Assembly: GCF_000150275.1 (NCBI RefSeq)
Contig: NW_002060954.1
Span: 1,674,001-1,738,000 of the forward strand
Source of the DNA: Trichoplax adhaerens
Lineage: Eukaryota > Animalia > Placozoa
Length of the DNA: 64,000 bases
Direction: 5' to 3'
A program made the position numbers and the translations under genes. The notes below the pieces were generated by a model that was given only the letters and a program-made list of their open reading frames with translations, had not been told where the DNA came from and ran no database searches. Shown piece by piece: positions 1 to 14,500 of this stretch (within the stretch, counting starts at the first letter, position 1; the number at the start of each line of letters is the position of its first letter).

Positions 1-3000
1 CCCAAGAAGAACCAGATAAAATTACTTGTTAGGAAGCAACTAAAAAAATTGAAGATATCAGTACCAACCATTCCATATTAGCCAGAATGATAAATACAGA
101 ATAAAAGTGTCCGTAAATGCTAATTCTATTCTACTTGTTACTTACGCATCGACACCACCATAAGCATGTGGTGCAACACCAGCAGTTATGCCAACAATAA
201 CAGCAGGAACAACTATAAAATAGAAAACAATAATCATATTTTGCTCCAGCATATGACTATTGGTAAATTATTATAATCTCCAATAGAGAGTAACTATTAC
301 TTTAAACGTCTCCGTTAAAACTATCATTAGTTCTAGTATACATACTCCATCCAATAACGGTGTAAATAACTATCCACAAACGCCCACTCTTGATAAATAT
401 AGTTACCAATAAACGATATAAATGAACACCTTCCGCTAGCTGCCAAGTGAAAACTGCAGTGAATAGGTAATGTAGAATTACAGCAATAGCTGTGCAAGCA
501 ACCTAAAAAAAAATCGTTTTATTATTAGTAAACGGAGGCGGTTAGTAACAATAATAAGCGATTATCATTTATATATATGGCAGTTAAACAATTATAGAGA
601 TTATATCTTACATATAGATTAAAGCTATCACATTACTTTGTCAATTAGATATTTTAATAGCAACTTACATTATTAGCAACGTATCTCCTATCGGCGCCAA
701 ATAGGAAAATTACATTGGAGGAGATGACTGCAGCAATGAGATTGCCATGGATATACCATTTCCTTGTTCTAGGCAATCTAAATGATTAATTTAAAGTTTT
801 AAAAATGTCAATGTAATTCCTAAAAGTCTGCCCTTGGTCTTACTCTACTGAATATTAATCGATTAAACATTAAAGCTATTGTTCGATTAGAAGTGTACAC
901 AATTACGGATAAAATTTGAATTACGCAGAATGATCGTATGGATGCATTGCAAATTCATTTTTACAATTTAATTTTCTATGTACCTTAAGAAGATCAGACA
1001 TGCCACCAACAACACCAAGCATACAGTGGAAAAGGATAATCCTACGATAGTGATGATGGACAAAATTGGAGCGTGAACATCAATTGGTTGACTAGGAGGA
1101 AAGCTGGTATTGGTAATATTGGTATTATTGCCGATATATGTGATATTTTCGGTTGGTGCTACAGTCTGTTAGATTATATTAAGAAATAGTAAATAAAAGA
1201 CAGGATTCATATGCTTGATATGGTTATCTGATTTTAATCCGTAAATATTCGTACCAGATTTTTAAAAGTCTGGCTTATATAGTATATTAATAATAATGAT
1301 TATTTTACAGCTATCATGATGGTATATATGGACACTTACATTTGAGCCAATACCGATAACATCAATACCTAAAACATTATATAAAATCGTATCATTGAGG
1401 AAGGCTGGTGGAACAACTGCGCCGACTACAACGCAGTTATAATTTATATTTTGGATTATTTCGTTATAGACAGAGGATGTATCATAGTTGACGTTGGTGA
1501 ATTCTTCTTGACTGCCTAATCTTTGGTTAACAAAGCTTGGGCTTTTCAAATTGCTTGCTAACTGGTAGAATAAAATGCGCAAATGGCGCCTTTGCACTTC
1601 CTTTGCATTCAAGCAATAGAATAAACGAAATAGATTCAAATTTGAGATTCGAGCGTAGTTATGATATATACGTATAGAGGGAACAAACTGTTGAAATTGT
1701 ATCTATAACAAATCTAATTGTTGGCAGGAAAGATTACAACTAGTATTTTTTGATATTTATAATGTAAATCAATGCTAATTTTTATTAGTTTTTAATTTTT
1801 TATGAAAATAAATATCCCGAGATGGTTGAAAGACAAGCAGTATCGTTCATTCTTAAAATGAATGCTATAAAATAATTTACTTACATCGATTCGGCATTCA
1901 GAATTTCCATTCAAGGTATTTATGATTAAAGCATTAGCAGTATTTAGTAGACACTAAATGCAAAATAAAAGTATTATAAGACGTTAATACGGAAATTCGA
2001 TCTAGTTATAATGTTACAGTAATATTTTTCAGTCCGCTAACGTAAAAAGTAAAGTAATTACAAACTATCTTTCAATTGGCTATGACTTCATATTGGTAAT
2101 GTTTTTATTTACAAGTTTTCTTAGTACTACGTCAACTCTTTCATTCTGTACTTGCATCAACTTTTATGAGACTGCTATTGCCATGTCATGATTTCTTACC
2201 GCAGTTACATTCATATAGGCTGCATAGGTTGCATCTGAAAGTTGCCTTCGCTTCTGTATATTGAATATTTGGCCTAGAACTGAAATTGGGCGCGGTCTGT
2301 TAGGTACTACATCCCATTTCTCGTACAAAAATGAGGCCAATTGATTTAGATAAGCCAACGTATAATTTTTGGCAAATTTTCGGCTCAACTGGAGTAAAAA
2401 GATATTTATGGAAATCAATGGAATTGTACATGAATAAATGTGCTGTACAGAAGGCACCGAATGATACTCGTCGCTAAAGAACAGAATACTAATAACTTTA
2501 GCATACCCTTTCTTGAATTGAGTTAATATGAATAGATTGGCAAGCACATCGATCGACATTTTCCCAATTTGAAAATATCCCATCGCTATCTTTCTTACAT
2601 GTCCTTGTTAAATTGCCTACCACTGGATGAGGTGAAAAGGTGGTCTTACATTTGGATAATTTAGCGACTCCACCGCTTGGTGTACTTGGCCAGATAACGC
2701 TGTCTTCTTGAATTGATTTACATGGCGAAGCTTCTATTAACGGTTTGAAAAGCATTACAGAAGTAAGAAACAAGTCGAAATATTTATATCTACACAAATA
2801 TTGGCATAGTGAATCGGCTTTTGGTAAGTAAACGTATAAATTTCTACTAGTTAGTATGAATTTTAAATTGACAAAAGCAGTGATAGAGCTTATGAATTTA
2901 CCAGGAAGCAATTAAATGCGCAAACAGACTTTCTTATAGTTCGGATAAAGGCGTTAATTATTCTTCTAATACTAAAAAGATTTGTTATACAAACTTACCG

Positions 3001-4763
3001 TAGCCGGGTGGGCAGCTGTTGGTATTACTACTTCCATCTTGACAACAAACAGCTTTTCTACCTCCGAGTTTACTAGTAGCATCATTAACCATCATGGCTA
3101 CAGTCGCCGCATCCTGAAGAATAACAATTAGTTACGGTACAGTTTAATTTAGTTTGCACCTTAGCGGAGTCTATTCCAGTAAATCTGGGGAAAATTTCGA
3201 GTAAAGAATTTATTAATCGATATTCTTACCGAAGAATTACAGGTATTCGTTGCTGGAATCACATTTCCTATCTCAATGATGCACTAGTTGAAAAGTAAAA
3301 GTAAATTGGTAAGTGAATTAAAGAAGTCACCCTATTTCAGTAAAACTGCAGCGATTTAAATATGAATAAGTTGATAAGTATAATGATGGAGACAAGGAGT
3401 GTTTTAAATTTGATAGCATAGCTATCAACTATGCTTAAATATCGCAATTGATATCCTGCAGATATAATTTAAGCATAGTTATAACTCCTCTTTGAGAAGG
3501 CTATCCTTGGTTACTTCTGTAATTAGTAGAACTTGATACAGGTTAGCGGCTAAGTAACGGATTAAAATCTAAGATAGTAACAGCTCAGAATTTCTGTAAT
3601 CGTATGGAATTCCAAATCTCTAAAGTGTAGTTTCTTCAAGTCAGTTATGTGTAATCTTACTTTTCGTACTTATCTTTAATTTTACCAGTGTTTATATCTA
3701 GTTTTATTTTAAGTATGATTATGTTGCATCTGTAATAGAACTTAATCTAAGTCTGTTCAGTATATTAATGCGACTGATACTCTTAGAATACATGTAGAAA
3801 TATAAGTAGTCGGCAAGTGGTTTAGACTACTTTAATCTATCGATCGTAAAGGCATATACCTTGGTAATTTATGATTCTGGTTTTGTATCGAAATCAAATT
3901 AATATTAATTTAGACATACTACTGATACTGAAAAGGAAAGTCAAAATAAATTTTTCTTTGCCAGTTATCATGATCTGGCGCCTTAATATTATTTTGAATA
4001 TCAATTATATGCTTACGCTAGCTATATTATCGGATGACTTTTGATTGACTGCCCCGCTTGCAGCTAGGCTTTGTAGTCCATATTTCAATGCTTGAATAGC
4101 ATCATCGTAAGACAATTTTGGACCATTTATTTTTGGTTTTAAAAGACCGAAAAGCCTGACTTTGGAGTTTAATGTTCTTAAATGGTTGAGTAGGTCAGCA
4201 ATTTGAGTGGCATTAGTCGCTCCACTTCTTAATTTCTAGTGCAAATTTAGTAATCAAACTAGAGTTAACATATCGTATATCAATATATAAATCTTATTTT
4301 ATAATAAATCGCATTTTATTTATTTTCGCTGTAATACCAAATAACTTAGGATATAGAGGAAAAAATTAGGCGCTTTAAAAACTCGAGGCATTAATATGGC
4401 TTACCTCCAAATCAGTTTTGACTGCGGTAATCGGTATAGACTGGCATTTGCACAAATCAAGTTCGCTGTGGACGAAAACGCAGCCTGGTTTGCATCGAAT
4501 TGATACAGATCCGGTGTATTCTAATAGATCAAGAATGATAAGGATAAGATATTATACTTCAATAACAGTGTGTATGTATGCACCGTGAACATAGCTAAGT
4601 AATATTAATATCGATTTACTTTATGTATACATTTAATTGCGTATATAGCCTACTATCTGTCACTGTGTAATACATACCAGCTGAATTTGAAGAAAAATTT
4701 TGCAGAGATCTACAAGATTTCGTAAGGGTTTTGGGGGTAGTTAATGGCCTAATAGCTACATAT
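1..4763 (-). CDS. Adhesion/secretin-class (family B) GPCR, multi-exon, 3' part runs off window start; 5' end unresolved (a further exon is likely at ~5551-5615)
   Basis: Phase-consistent GT-AG exons on the minus strand: 4678-4763, 4405-4520, 4017-4235, 3230-3283, 2999-3113, 2507-2733, 2200-2388, 1885-1953, 1340-1561, 984-1165, 669-777, 346-502, 146-212, 1-39. Exon 2507-2733 encodes a hormone-receptor (HRM) domain (C..WPSTPSGGVAKLSKC...GNLTRTC...NWENVDRCAC). TM1 is LSIITIVGLSFSTVCLVLLVACLIF, TM2 IHGNLIAAVISSNVIFLFG, TM3 CTAIAVILHYLFTAVFTWQLAEGVHLY (family-B signature), TM4 IGWIVPAVIVGI, ECL2 YGGVDACFL. Confidence 0.9.
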
Positions 4764-7700
4764 CTAAAGCTTACTCCAGCTATTACTTCTTGGCAAATGG
4801 TTGGTGCTGTTTGAAGAGAAATCATAGCATTGTAACTATCCAAACAATTTTTAATCTATAGATTATATCTATAAGAACTTATGTATTATAGTGTAGACTA
4901 GATTGTATACTAATTTGCAATATGAACAGAAATGAAATAGTAATTAGTTGTTTTATTTCTGGGATAAGAAAAGCGAAGTATAATATAAAAAGCGTAAAGT
5001 GGTTTACACATCCTATTACATAGAGTGGTATATTTTTTATAAAATGGTTGCTCTTAGGGATCAGCAGGTAATTTAATACTTTTAAATGACTAAAGTTGAT
5101 TATATCAGCACTAGGTTAGCAAGATAATTTAGAAACAGATCTAAATGAATCGTGAGTAACTCTTCATATTACATTATTCAATGTAATGCAAGTGCACGTA
5201 CAGTATTTACCGTGCAGTTATAGATCAACTTTAAAGCTACTTAATTCTACTTATATTATCATATTATTGATTTGACATCAGTAATATCTCTACAGTGTAG
5301 TGGTGCAACAAAGGTATGCTCAATTCTCCACATCTAATATCGGTATTGAATAGATTATGACATCACAAAGTGGGCAATTCACTATGGCAAGATTATAATA
5401 TTATTAATAAATTATTGTCGGTATTTTTGTAAACGTTAAAAATAATAACTGGTGGATTTAATGTATCTTATTAAATTTTTTAGTAAGGGATAGTATCTTT
5501 ATAATTTCTGCGGTATAGAACATAACATGCTTGCTACGGTGTTACCTTACCCATAGGCTAGTTTAATAGTGCAGTAATAGCTAATATGGAAAATATTCAT
5601 ATTTGTAATGCTACGCTAGGTAAGATAAGTAATGCCTTAACGTGGATATTATTTGTGGCAGTTTATTACATATTTGATATTGATTATTATTATGTATAGA
5701 TAGTAGTAAGATGATTCAGGTTCTAACTAATGATTGTTGAACTAAACAATATGCATGCTTAGATTAAGACTAAGTATCAGTAAGAGATTAAAAATATTTA
5801 CTGATAGAAAAGCTATGTGAGGGATATCTTAGTTCGAGATGTCTGTTTAGATAAGGTATAATAATAATAATGTTGTTGTTTACAAATTAGACGGTTCCTA
5901 CATAAACGGGTATATTTAAGTTGAATTCTGTAGTGAAAAGTTGTAGATGCATCTATGCTAACGAAAGTTCTATCTTTACTGTACTTTGCTGTTTGTGTTT
6001 AAGGTTTAGTAAAAGGTAGTTACTTATAGACTATTGCTGTACGTTTCCTTGTCGTAGAATTTAAATTGTGACTATGCTGCATACCTAAGCATGTGTGTAC
6101 TTATTCGCTTAAGTCTAAAGTGTATTTCTACAACAGCCCTATGAATAGATAGTTGCGTTGAATATTCAGGATAAATAAGATGATGTTAATTATTATTGGT
6201 CAATTTAATAAAGTTATTAAATAACTGCTGATCGATTTAAGGACATCTTATTATAAATAGTTATGATATTCGTAACTTCCTAAACAAGTAGATAATTAAG
6301 ATTCTAGGATTTGATATAGAACAGTGATTGTTATGTTAATGAACTATGCACAACATTATTATTAAACGTACTTCATGTTTACTGCAATTATGAATGATGG
6401 CTAAACAATTCGTGATGACGTGATATAGTCGCGATATTTATTGATATGGGCTATTGTTGAATATAATATATCAATTAAGCCTACTCTATTCAGCTATTAT
6501 ATCCGAAAGAACTGTTTAGGTCAACATCATAATATGTTATTATCATACTTTATCGACAAGACGATTATAACTAATCTACGCGTATTTCATCCTGATGCAC
6601 AGGATAAATACGTAGAGGTTAGGCTAATTTTTAAAAAGAATACTGATAATACTAGGACTATTCATTGATCGTAAAATTTCCCATGGATTGTGTATATTAA
6701 TTAATTCAATTGAATACAGCGACGAATAATGGAATTAGCGATATTGATCTTAGGTAAACGAATATTATTATCTTTGTAGTGTCCCTCCTATCTAAAAAAT
6801 TCATCATTAGCGGACTCTACTAGGAGATATTATATCATGATCCATAAATTACCGAAGTAAGCCAAGTCATTATCCTATCCTTTGCACTAAGAATGAATTT
6901 ACAATCTAAACTATCAGCTCACAAAGTTATGACCGTTGACTTTCATTTAATCAAGTATTAGTCGAACATTTAGTAGATTAGAACATGTTTAGACTTCAAG
7001 AGTTGAGAATTTCTTTCTCCGTACTTTGATCAAAGCAGCTGATATTAATTTAGGCTTTGTGTAACGGATGGGTAAAGAAACGATGCTGCTTATTTTAAAT
7101 AATTCACAACCACCTAAGATTTTTGCATTCCAGTAAGGTTTCATAATTAGAATATAACGTCATAGTCAATTCGTATTATAGCCACCCAACATCAAATCGA
7201 CTGTAATCGATGGTGTAGCTTTCATTATTAATCAGAATGAAAATTAAATCTTTATGTTTGCAAGAAAAATATAATCAAAGAGCGCAGATTAACTTTCCTT
7301 CTTAGATTAATGTGGGTTAATTAGGTTAACCAAGGCTGAAATTTCTTTGCTACCAATAACAAATTTCAACACTATATCTAGATTAATCCTCATTAAACAT
7401 TTAAATTGACTGTAAAATATTGAAAAATAGAATAATCCTACATCATCATACAGTAGTAATGCCTGTAACTATTGTCGATGTGGAACGAGATTAAATTGAA
7501 TTTCTTTAGCATGAATATCTTCTACTTCTTCATTTAAATCCTTCATGGCTACCATTACAATCGGCATGTATAGATAGAACGTGAACAATGTCGATTTCTA
7601 TTAACTAATTAGATAAAGTAGCTTGTTTATGGTATCAAAGCGGTTATAATTTCATAAATTATAAAATTGAATAGTTCTCTTGTAGTTAATTCAATAGGAA

Positions 7701-10439
7701 CAAGAACGAGAATATTTTTAGGTCTGTCGGTTCTTTGTTGCTAATATTTAATTTTATTAATAGCCTTAACGTAAAATATCCACAACATTTTATGTCTGGG
7801 GTACCAGTAATAAATAAAAAGAAAATCAAGATCAAAGTAGGAGTTTCGTCATGATATTCAGTTTCCTGACGTGAATACTTTATTCTCACACGTCATTGCC
7901 TGAGGGTAAAAGCTGTTGTGACGATAGCCTGAGCATACTTTAGTAGGTAACAATCTTGTAAGATTAACTTTAAAGTTCATAAAGCTATTTTTGTTACTAG
8001 AGCATAAATGAAATGTAATTATAAAACAAAATTAATTGTCATCTGAATAAATTAAGATTTATTACACGATTAATCAGTCATTCATGATCGCAATTAATAA
8101 GCAGAGTCCTTCGATATAGTTTCTAAACTCTTATAATTTATAACGCCAATCTTTGCTATGATTGAAGTTATTAATTAGGAAATCTGATCTCTTTTTGATG
8201 ACGAGATAAATTTATGAATCGTAATTATTATCACAATTTAGCATTTATATTATGAAATTTATCTATATTTCAAATAGTTTATATGAAGCTGAAATATTTT
8301 ATTAATATGCTTAATTAATCTGTCGTTGTTACTAGTCTATTTACACCTCATCTATCGCAGTCTGTAATTTTAAAGTTAGTTAACCAGAAACAGCCTCATT
8401 TACTATTATTATTAGGCGCTACGGTAAGCGCTATTGATCATTTAGCCTATTCTCTCGTAATTGATAGAAGGCAAATATAATTTTTTATCATATGCAACCT
8501 ATAGGGAATATTGCTCTTGCACACATGATAAAAATCTGGAGTCTAGTGAGATCATAAACATTATTATTAATGAATGTTAGTGTATAAAGTCATTATGTTT
8601 TATATTCTTGATAAACGATACAGAAGAATAACTGTTAAGGTTGAGCTACATAATTTCGAGAAACTATCATTCTAAGGCTGATATCGATTATGAATCTTTG
8701 CCAAACCTAAAGCTATATTAACTATAGATAGTGAAATACTTATGCAAAATGATAAATGTTGTCAGCACATCTGCGTCCAGTTAAAGTATCTATCTGTTAA
8801 TCAACTCTGAAAGGGTTGATAAAAGTTATAATTTATACTTTGGGGATTCTTTACTGTAGATATAAAGACGGCGATCGTTTGATTAGCGACCGTTAGCGAA
8901 GGTAAAAAATGTAACTCGTACTGTTAGCAAATGAAACTCCGTTTCTCATCGAGATGATTTATTAATGTTATTTAGAAGTTCACGTAAGCTTGATATTAAT
9001 TACAGAAGTTGATCTATGATTCTATAGACAATATGTCGACTCATAAATAGTAGGATTATACTCGATTTAATTCGAACTTACCAGCCGTAGACACGGATAA
9101 AAAGAAAAGGAAAACCAAGATCGTCAACTTGTATGATTTGGACGTCATTTTAATTTTGATGCTTCTTGAATACCTTCCAGAATGAACGAATTAAACGAAA
9201 TTATGATATTCTAATGATGCTTGAAAATAGGATATTATTTGTTGTAGTTTCGTTGTCGTTACTTAATATAAGGTAACGATAACCAGGAAGAAATGACTAT
9301 CGCATAAGATCCGTATAAGACTTGAATAATTTTCAAGAATAATTTTTATTGGCTTGCTGTATTAAAATTAAAGGCCTTGATGTATAGAACAATTTTTAAC
9401 TTGTTCTTAATCCTGGAAAATTAGCACAGAATGATTAAAACTTCTATGAGTATTTAATAAAATCGCCGATATCTAGATGAGTTGTAAGTTCTCAAGTTTA
9501 TTTTAATCTTCTCGAGCCTGATACCGATGGTCTTAGTCGATTACGGTACGCAATAATCAAAAAAGTGAGAGCTACCCCACCCCGTACATCAACCTCAAGG
9601 TATCTATAGAATCTATTTAAAGCACAAAGTCCAAGTGATTATAATATAGAAATGCGTTCGCGACCTTGACAAGGTGAAAGCATGAAATCATTCTGTCAAT
9701 AGATTGAGGTAATGATCAATCACGTGAGCTATGCCTCTTTCGAGGACCATGATTAATTAATAGCTAAATTTGGATTAATTGAACCACTGAATATTAAATA
9801 GATTAGAATTGGTTAATTGGCGTCAATATTATCTATTCAGGCTACACCTTGGATTGACATTATCTTACATACATCGTGTTATTTAAATTTAACATTTAAC
9901 AATGGCGTAACTCAAATTTAAGGAAGTTCTAAAGTGTCGAATTATTCGACGTCACTAATAGGAATGTTAATGTAATTCAATTCAATCCTATCTCGAAGAG
10001 TTGATTGACCTCTAGTTATTTGGCTCGCTAGGAAAAGATAATATTAAGTTAGCGCAAGCAAAGGCTACCATAGGTAATAATTAATTGCAATAATAATTAT
10101 TTTTGATATTAATCTAGGTTCTTTTATTATTTATTAGTGTTAATGGTCCAAGATGTTGTCATGGTCACATTCCTGTATTTAGACTGACTTATAATATCTG
10201 TTGCAACTGTATCGAAAGTAGCGATTTATTATCAATAAATATTTTCTGTCCCACGACGCTAATTTCACTAGAGATTGTAATAAACATATAAAATTATAGA
10301 ATACGATATGTGCTTACCTTATGTAAAGATTAGACTGGCTGCAAACCTACTAGCAGTATATTTAGGGTTATTTGGAAGATACATGCTTATACGTAGATAT
10401 AGTTAAGATTCTGCGCTAAATTAACAATCTTATTTCTAG

Positions 10440-10890
10440 TTAAACTACGTCTACCTCTGTTAGTGACATACTTGAGCTTATAGACAAACAATATCGGTTT
10501 ACAACGCCAAAATTTTAACAGCAATTTACTAACTTAATAAAGCGAAAAGAAACTTGTATGTGAACTACTGGCAATGAATAGAATTGATTGCACTTTTGTC
10601 AGTAGCAAATTTAGACACGCACTATTAGTATTACTTCTAAAGATCTTACAAAGATTAAAGACGTTATCGAATTATAGTAGAATTTCTATACAAAGTAGTA
10701 GAAATTAATATTACATTAGTTGCCTTTTGTCGATGGTATATGGAATTTAGACATGTTAAGAAGTATTTACTAGTACAGTAATATAGCCAAAGCTATCGAA
10801 GATACAGATGCTGGATATAACGAACTTGGGCGCAGCATAAACTAGTTATACTTTGTCAATAGCTTATTAGCAAAATATACAGAGGAAACT
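10440..10890 (+). promoter_or_regulatory. Non-coding block upstream of P4HA copy A, homologous to 18245-18725
   Basis: Collinear shared words with the region upstream of copy B: actacgtc..ctctgttagt; ttgcactttygtca.tagc.aaattt; aatttctataYaaagta..agaaattaatatt; taaac.agttat.cttt..tcaatagctt. Regulatory role is inferred. Confidence 0.65.
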
Positions 10891-11575
10891 AATATTCCCT
10901 CGGTTAAGGCCATGATTAAGATTGAACGATATCGATCATAGAAATAAAAGACTGATGAGCTGTACGATAAACAGCAGTATAAGCCGAATGATTCTAATTT
11001 ATCTAGGGCTTATTTACTACTTATCTATAGTAATGGGTTAGCATACTGATGTTGTCTGGCATATTATATTCCGTAAAGACTTCCCTAAAGATTTTAGCCA
11101 AACCAATAAACGGAAGCATAAGGCTTTATTCAATTATAAACGAGAATAAAGAATATAATGATTTATTTTCTGTCTCTATTATTATTCTCCAGACGGAACA
11201 TATATTTTAATGGCTTACTATAATAGGATCACAACGTTATTGTATACTATATAATAGAGATCAACTATATCGTGCCCTATTCTTGAGTCATCTCGATTCT
11301 ATTATTCATTCCTGTATATTATTGAAATTGCTTTAAAATCCTAAACACCGTATCTTCTATTACACAAATTTCTGGCACGCGATTAAGTGCGTTTGTATAT
11401 TTGCTAATAATTTCGTTGCAGTGAGCAAGAATTGTCGACTTAACCAAGATTAGACAAAGTCTTACCGTCAACAAGTGGACTATCGGGTATCAGAACTAGA
11501 TGATCTAAAACTATACTGTAGTAAACAGACACATGAAGAAGTAACGTTATACGTGATAGGCAATCTACTTGAAAG

Positions 11576-14500
11576 ATGGATCCATCGGTTTTTTATAATA
11601 CATCAATGTTTTTAATTTTAATTTTTCTATCTAACCCTATTCAAAGCGAGATCTTTACTGCAACGAATGATATCGAAAAGCTAATCGATTCCGAAATAAA
11701 CCTATATAATGAAGTCGATAGTTATATTAAGAAACAACAAGATAGTTTAGCACAAATGAGAAATTTGTTAGATAACGTCAAGTCAAAAATGGAGAAAGTC
11801 GGTTTAAAAGGTTACGAACAAGGAAAACATCCGTTAGCTATATATTTTCTGGTAAAGCGATTTTTAACTAATTGGAAAGCAGTAGGCAACAGGATACAAA
11901 AAGAGGCTACATTTAAAGGTTATAACATAGATATAGCCTAGTACCTGTCGATAATACATCTAGAAGAACTTTAGTTTAATTAATCTAACCACGGACTACG
12001 AAAGTTATCTTCGAAATAATTCGCAAAATCTTTTAAATTAATGCACGTATGAAGTAGAGGCTGATTTAATATCTAGCATCTATTCTATAGTAACCATTTA
12101 TTTGTTATCTTGAGTTACCTTTGTAAACAACGCAGCTATTTTCATTTCCGTAGAAAAGTAGACTTCTTTACCATAATTAAGCTGCTTAATGCAATGCAAT
12201 ATTGTATACGAGATAAGTCATTCAATCTAGATTACAGTAAATAATGTTCGCGTCGTAAAGATTACTGAATCTAGTAGTAACGATCCGTAATGAGACATAA
12301 TCATAGAGAAATAAGTTCTGTCGCAGTCGTAGAAGTAGCATAAATTCAGATTGTCTAAATTTCGTTTTTTAGACTTGTCCGCATTAGAAAATCTTGTAAC
12401 TTTTAGTACGCTAACGTATTCGATAAATTATAAACTGAGATATAATTAAATTACACTTAAACTAATATTCGAGCAATAGAAGTATTTATTCGCAAGAGAT
12501 CTAGATTCGGCTTAGTCTGATCAGAAAAGTCCGTTACATTCTTATATGTTAGAAAACATCATCTCTATTACTGCTTCCTCTTTTTATACTTAATTGATGT
12601 GATATGCAACAGCTAACTTAATTTGTATCACTTTGGGTCTTCCTTACCGATTATATTTCTTAGACAAATTTTTGGAAACATTTGCTCACTACAATAGTAC
12701 GTTTCCAAACCTTAAAGATCTAGAAGGATCAGCTAATGGACTCTCACGATTACAAGAAGTCTATCAACTAAACAGAAATGATCTACTCGACGGAAAAATA
12801 AATGGAGGCTCTCATCTTGGTATAAAATTCAATTGGTTTGACTGCTTTACTATTGGTTTAGCTTCTTACAAGGGGAGATACTTCCAGCAAAGCTATGAGT
12901 GGATGAAGATTGTGTATAATAGTAAAGACCCTACAATATCGAGTAATCAGCGTGTTAGAGCCCTAAATTATTTGGCTTCCTCTGCTTACCGAGTACGTTT
13001 ATAAATAAAACACTTGCTTGACTAAGATAATTAATTAAAATATGTCGATAAATTAGTGTTCCTATTGTGATAATGGGAAATGAATCAAGGAACGGCACTA
13101 GATTTATTAGATATGCTATATATTTGAATATTTGGACAAGAAGATTTTGCACATGTTGAGTAAAGTACTAAAGCAGTTAAGAGTAGGTTAAGGAAAGCAA
13201 AAGTGGTAATAAGATTAAGCTGATTGTAATTTTAAATTATAATTGTTTAATTTAGTAAAATATATAGATATCAGTAAGCTTCAATAATAATGGGTAAATT
13301 AGTAGAAATTAGTTTTGCTTTTCGTTCATCTCATACGATGAATACTTCGTAACAAATTATTTCGAGAAGTGTTTTACTCGTGCATTTAGATCATGATAGC
13401 AGAGAACCAGTTACTAATACTTCATGCGAAAGAAGCAGCCAATGTCATTTCGTTTAGAATATTTTGTTGATAGATAAATTGATAACGGAAAAGCCAGACG
13501 ATATGATATTAAAATCTGCATATTCTCTGTAATTCTAGATTGACAAGATTCAAGAAGCCATCAATTTAACGCAGACATTGTTAAAACTTAGTAAGTTGCA
13601 CATTCAGCTGAAACTTCTTGAAATTGTTGATTACTTCTAGTAAGTAGATTAATCCTGAAATCTGACAGATATTATTAACATTAAATTTGTGCCATAGATT
13701 GGATTCAACTTATTCTTTATATTTAGATCCAGAGCATAAGACAGCAAAGAAATATCTGAATATCTATGAGAAGCGTTTGAATACATCTACAAAGGAGAAG
13801 TCGACAGAAGATTTAGACGATGACAATGATGACGAAAAGGATTTCAAGCAGATCTTCAATTCTTATAAAGAATTATGTCGAGGCAATGTTAATCAAAAGG
13901 TACACAATTTCTCATTTTCGTATAAATTGAACGCTGTAATAGTTTCTAAAATACATTTATATACCTTATTTATTACGGAAGTATTTCAAAAGTGCAATCA
14001 TATTAAGTCGATGTTATATTATAAAATTAAAACATATTGATAGCAATACTAAACTTTAATAGTTTTTGCTAATATAGTAACGATTTTGTAATAGAAATAG
14101 ATTTCTTTTCAGTTATTGTATGGAATAATTTGTGGGAAGTGGTATCTAGCGATACAATATAGTTCTCTACAACATGGTTATCAAATTTACTTGTATATAA
14201 TTAATTAATCTTGTCTATAGCTGCGTATATTGACATATTTATTTATCATTGAAGATATACGAGTACCGTACTGCTTAATAGAATATTTATAAACGAAGAT
14301 TAAAATTTTAATTTCTTTTAACGGCGCTAATTAACTCGAATTGTTGGATTTAGACTGGTGACGATGTTAAATTGAATAATCAACTGAATTGCTATCAAGA
14401 TTATCGAAATCCTCGATTACTGTTTTCTCCTTTAAATGTAGAAGTCTTGAGTCTACAGCCGTATATCGTAATTTATCATAATTTGTTGACTAATTCAGAA

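Noticed and set aside
5955-7950. Plus-strand exon-like fragments (signal-like MLTKVLSLLYFAVCV*, 6780-6856, ~7790-7945) suggesting a pseudogene
   Set aside because: In-frame stops, no consistent splice chain and no recognisable homology.
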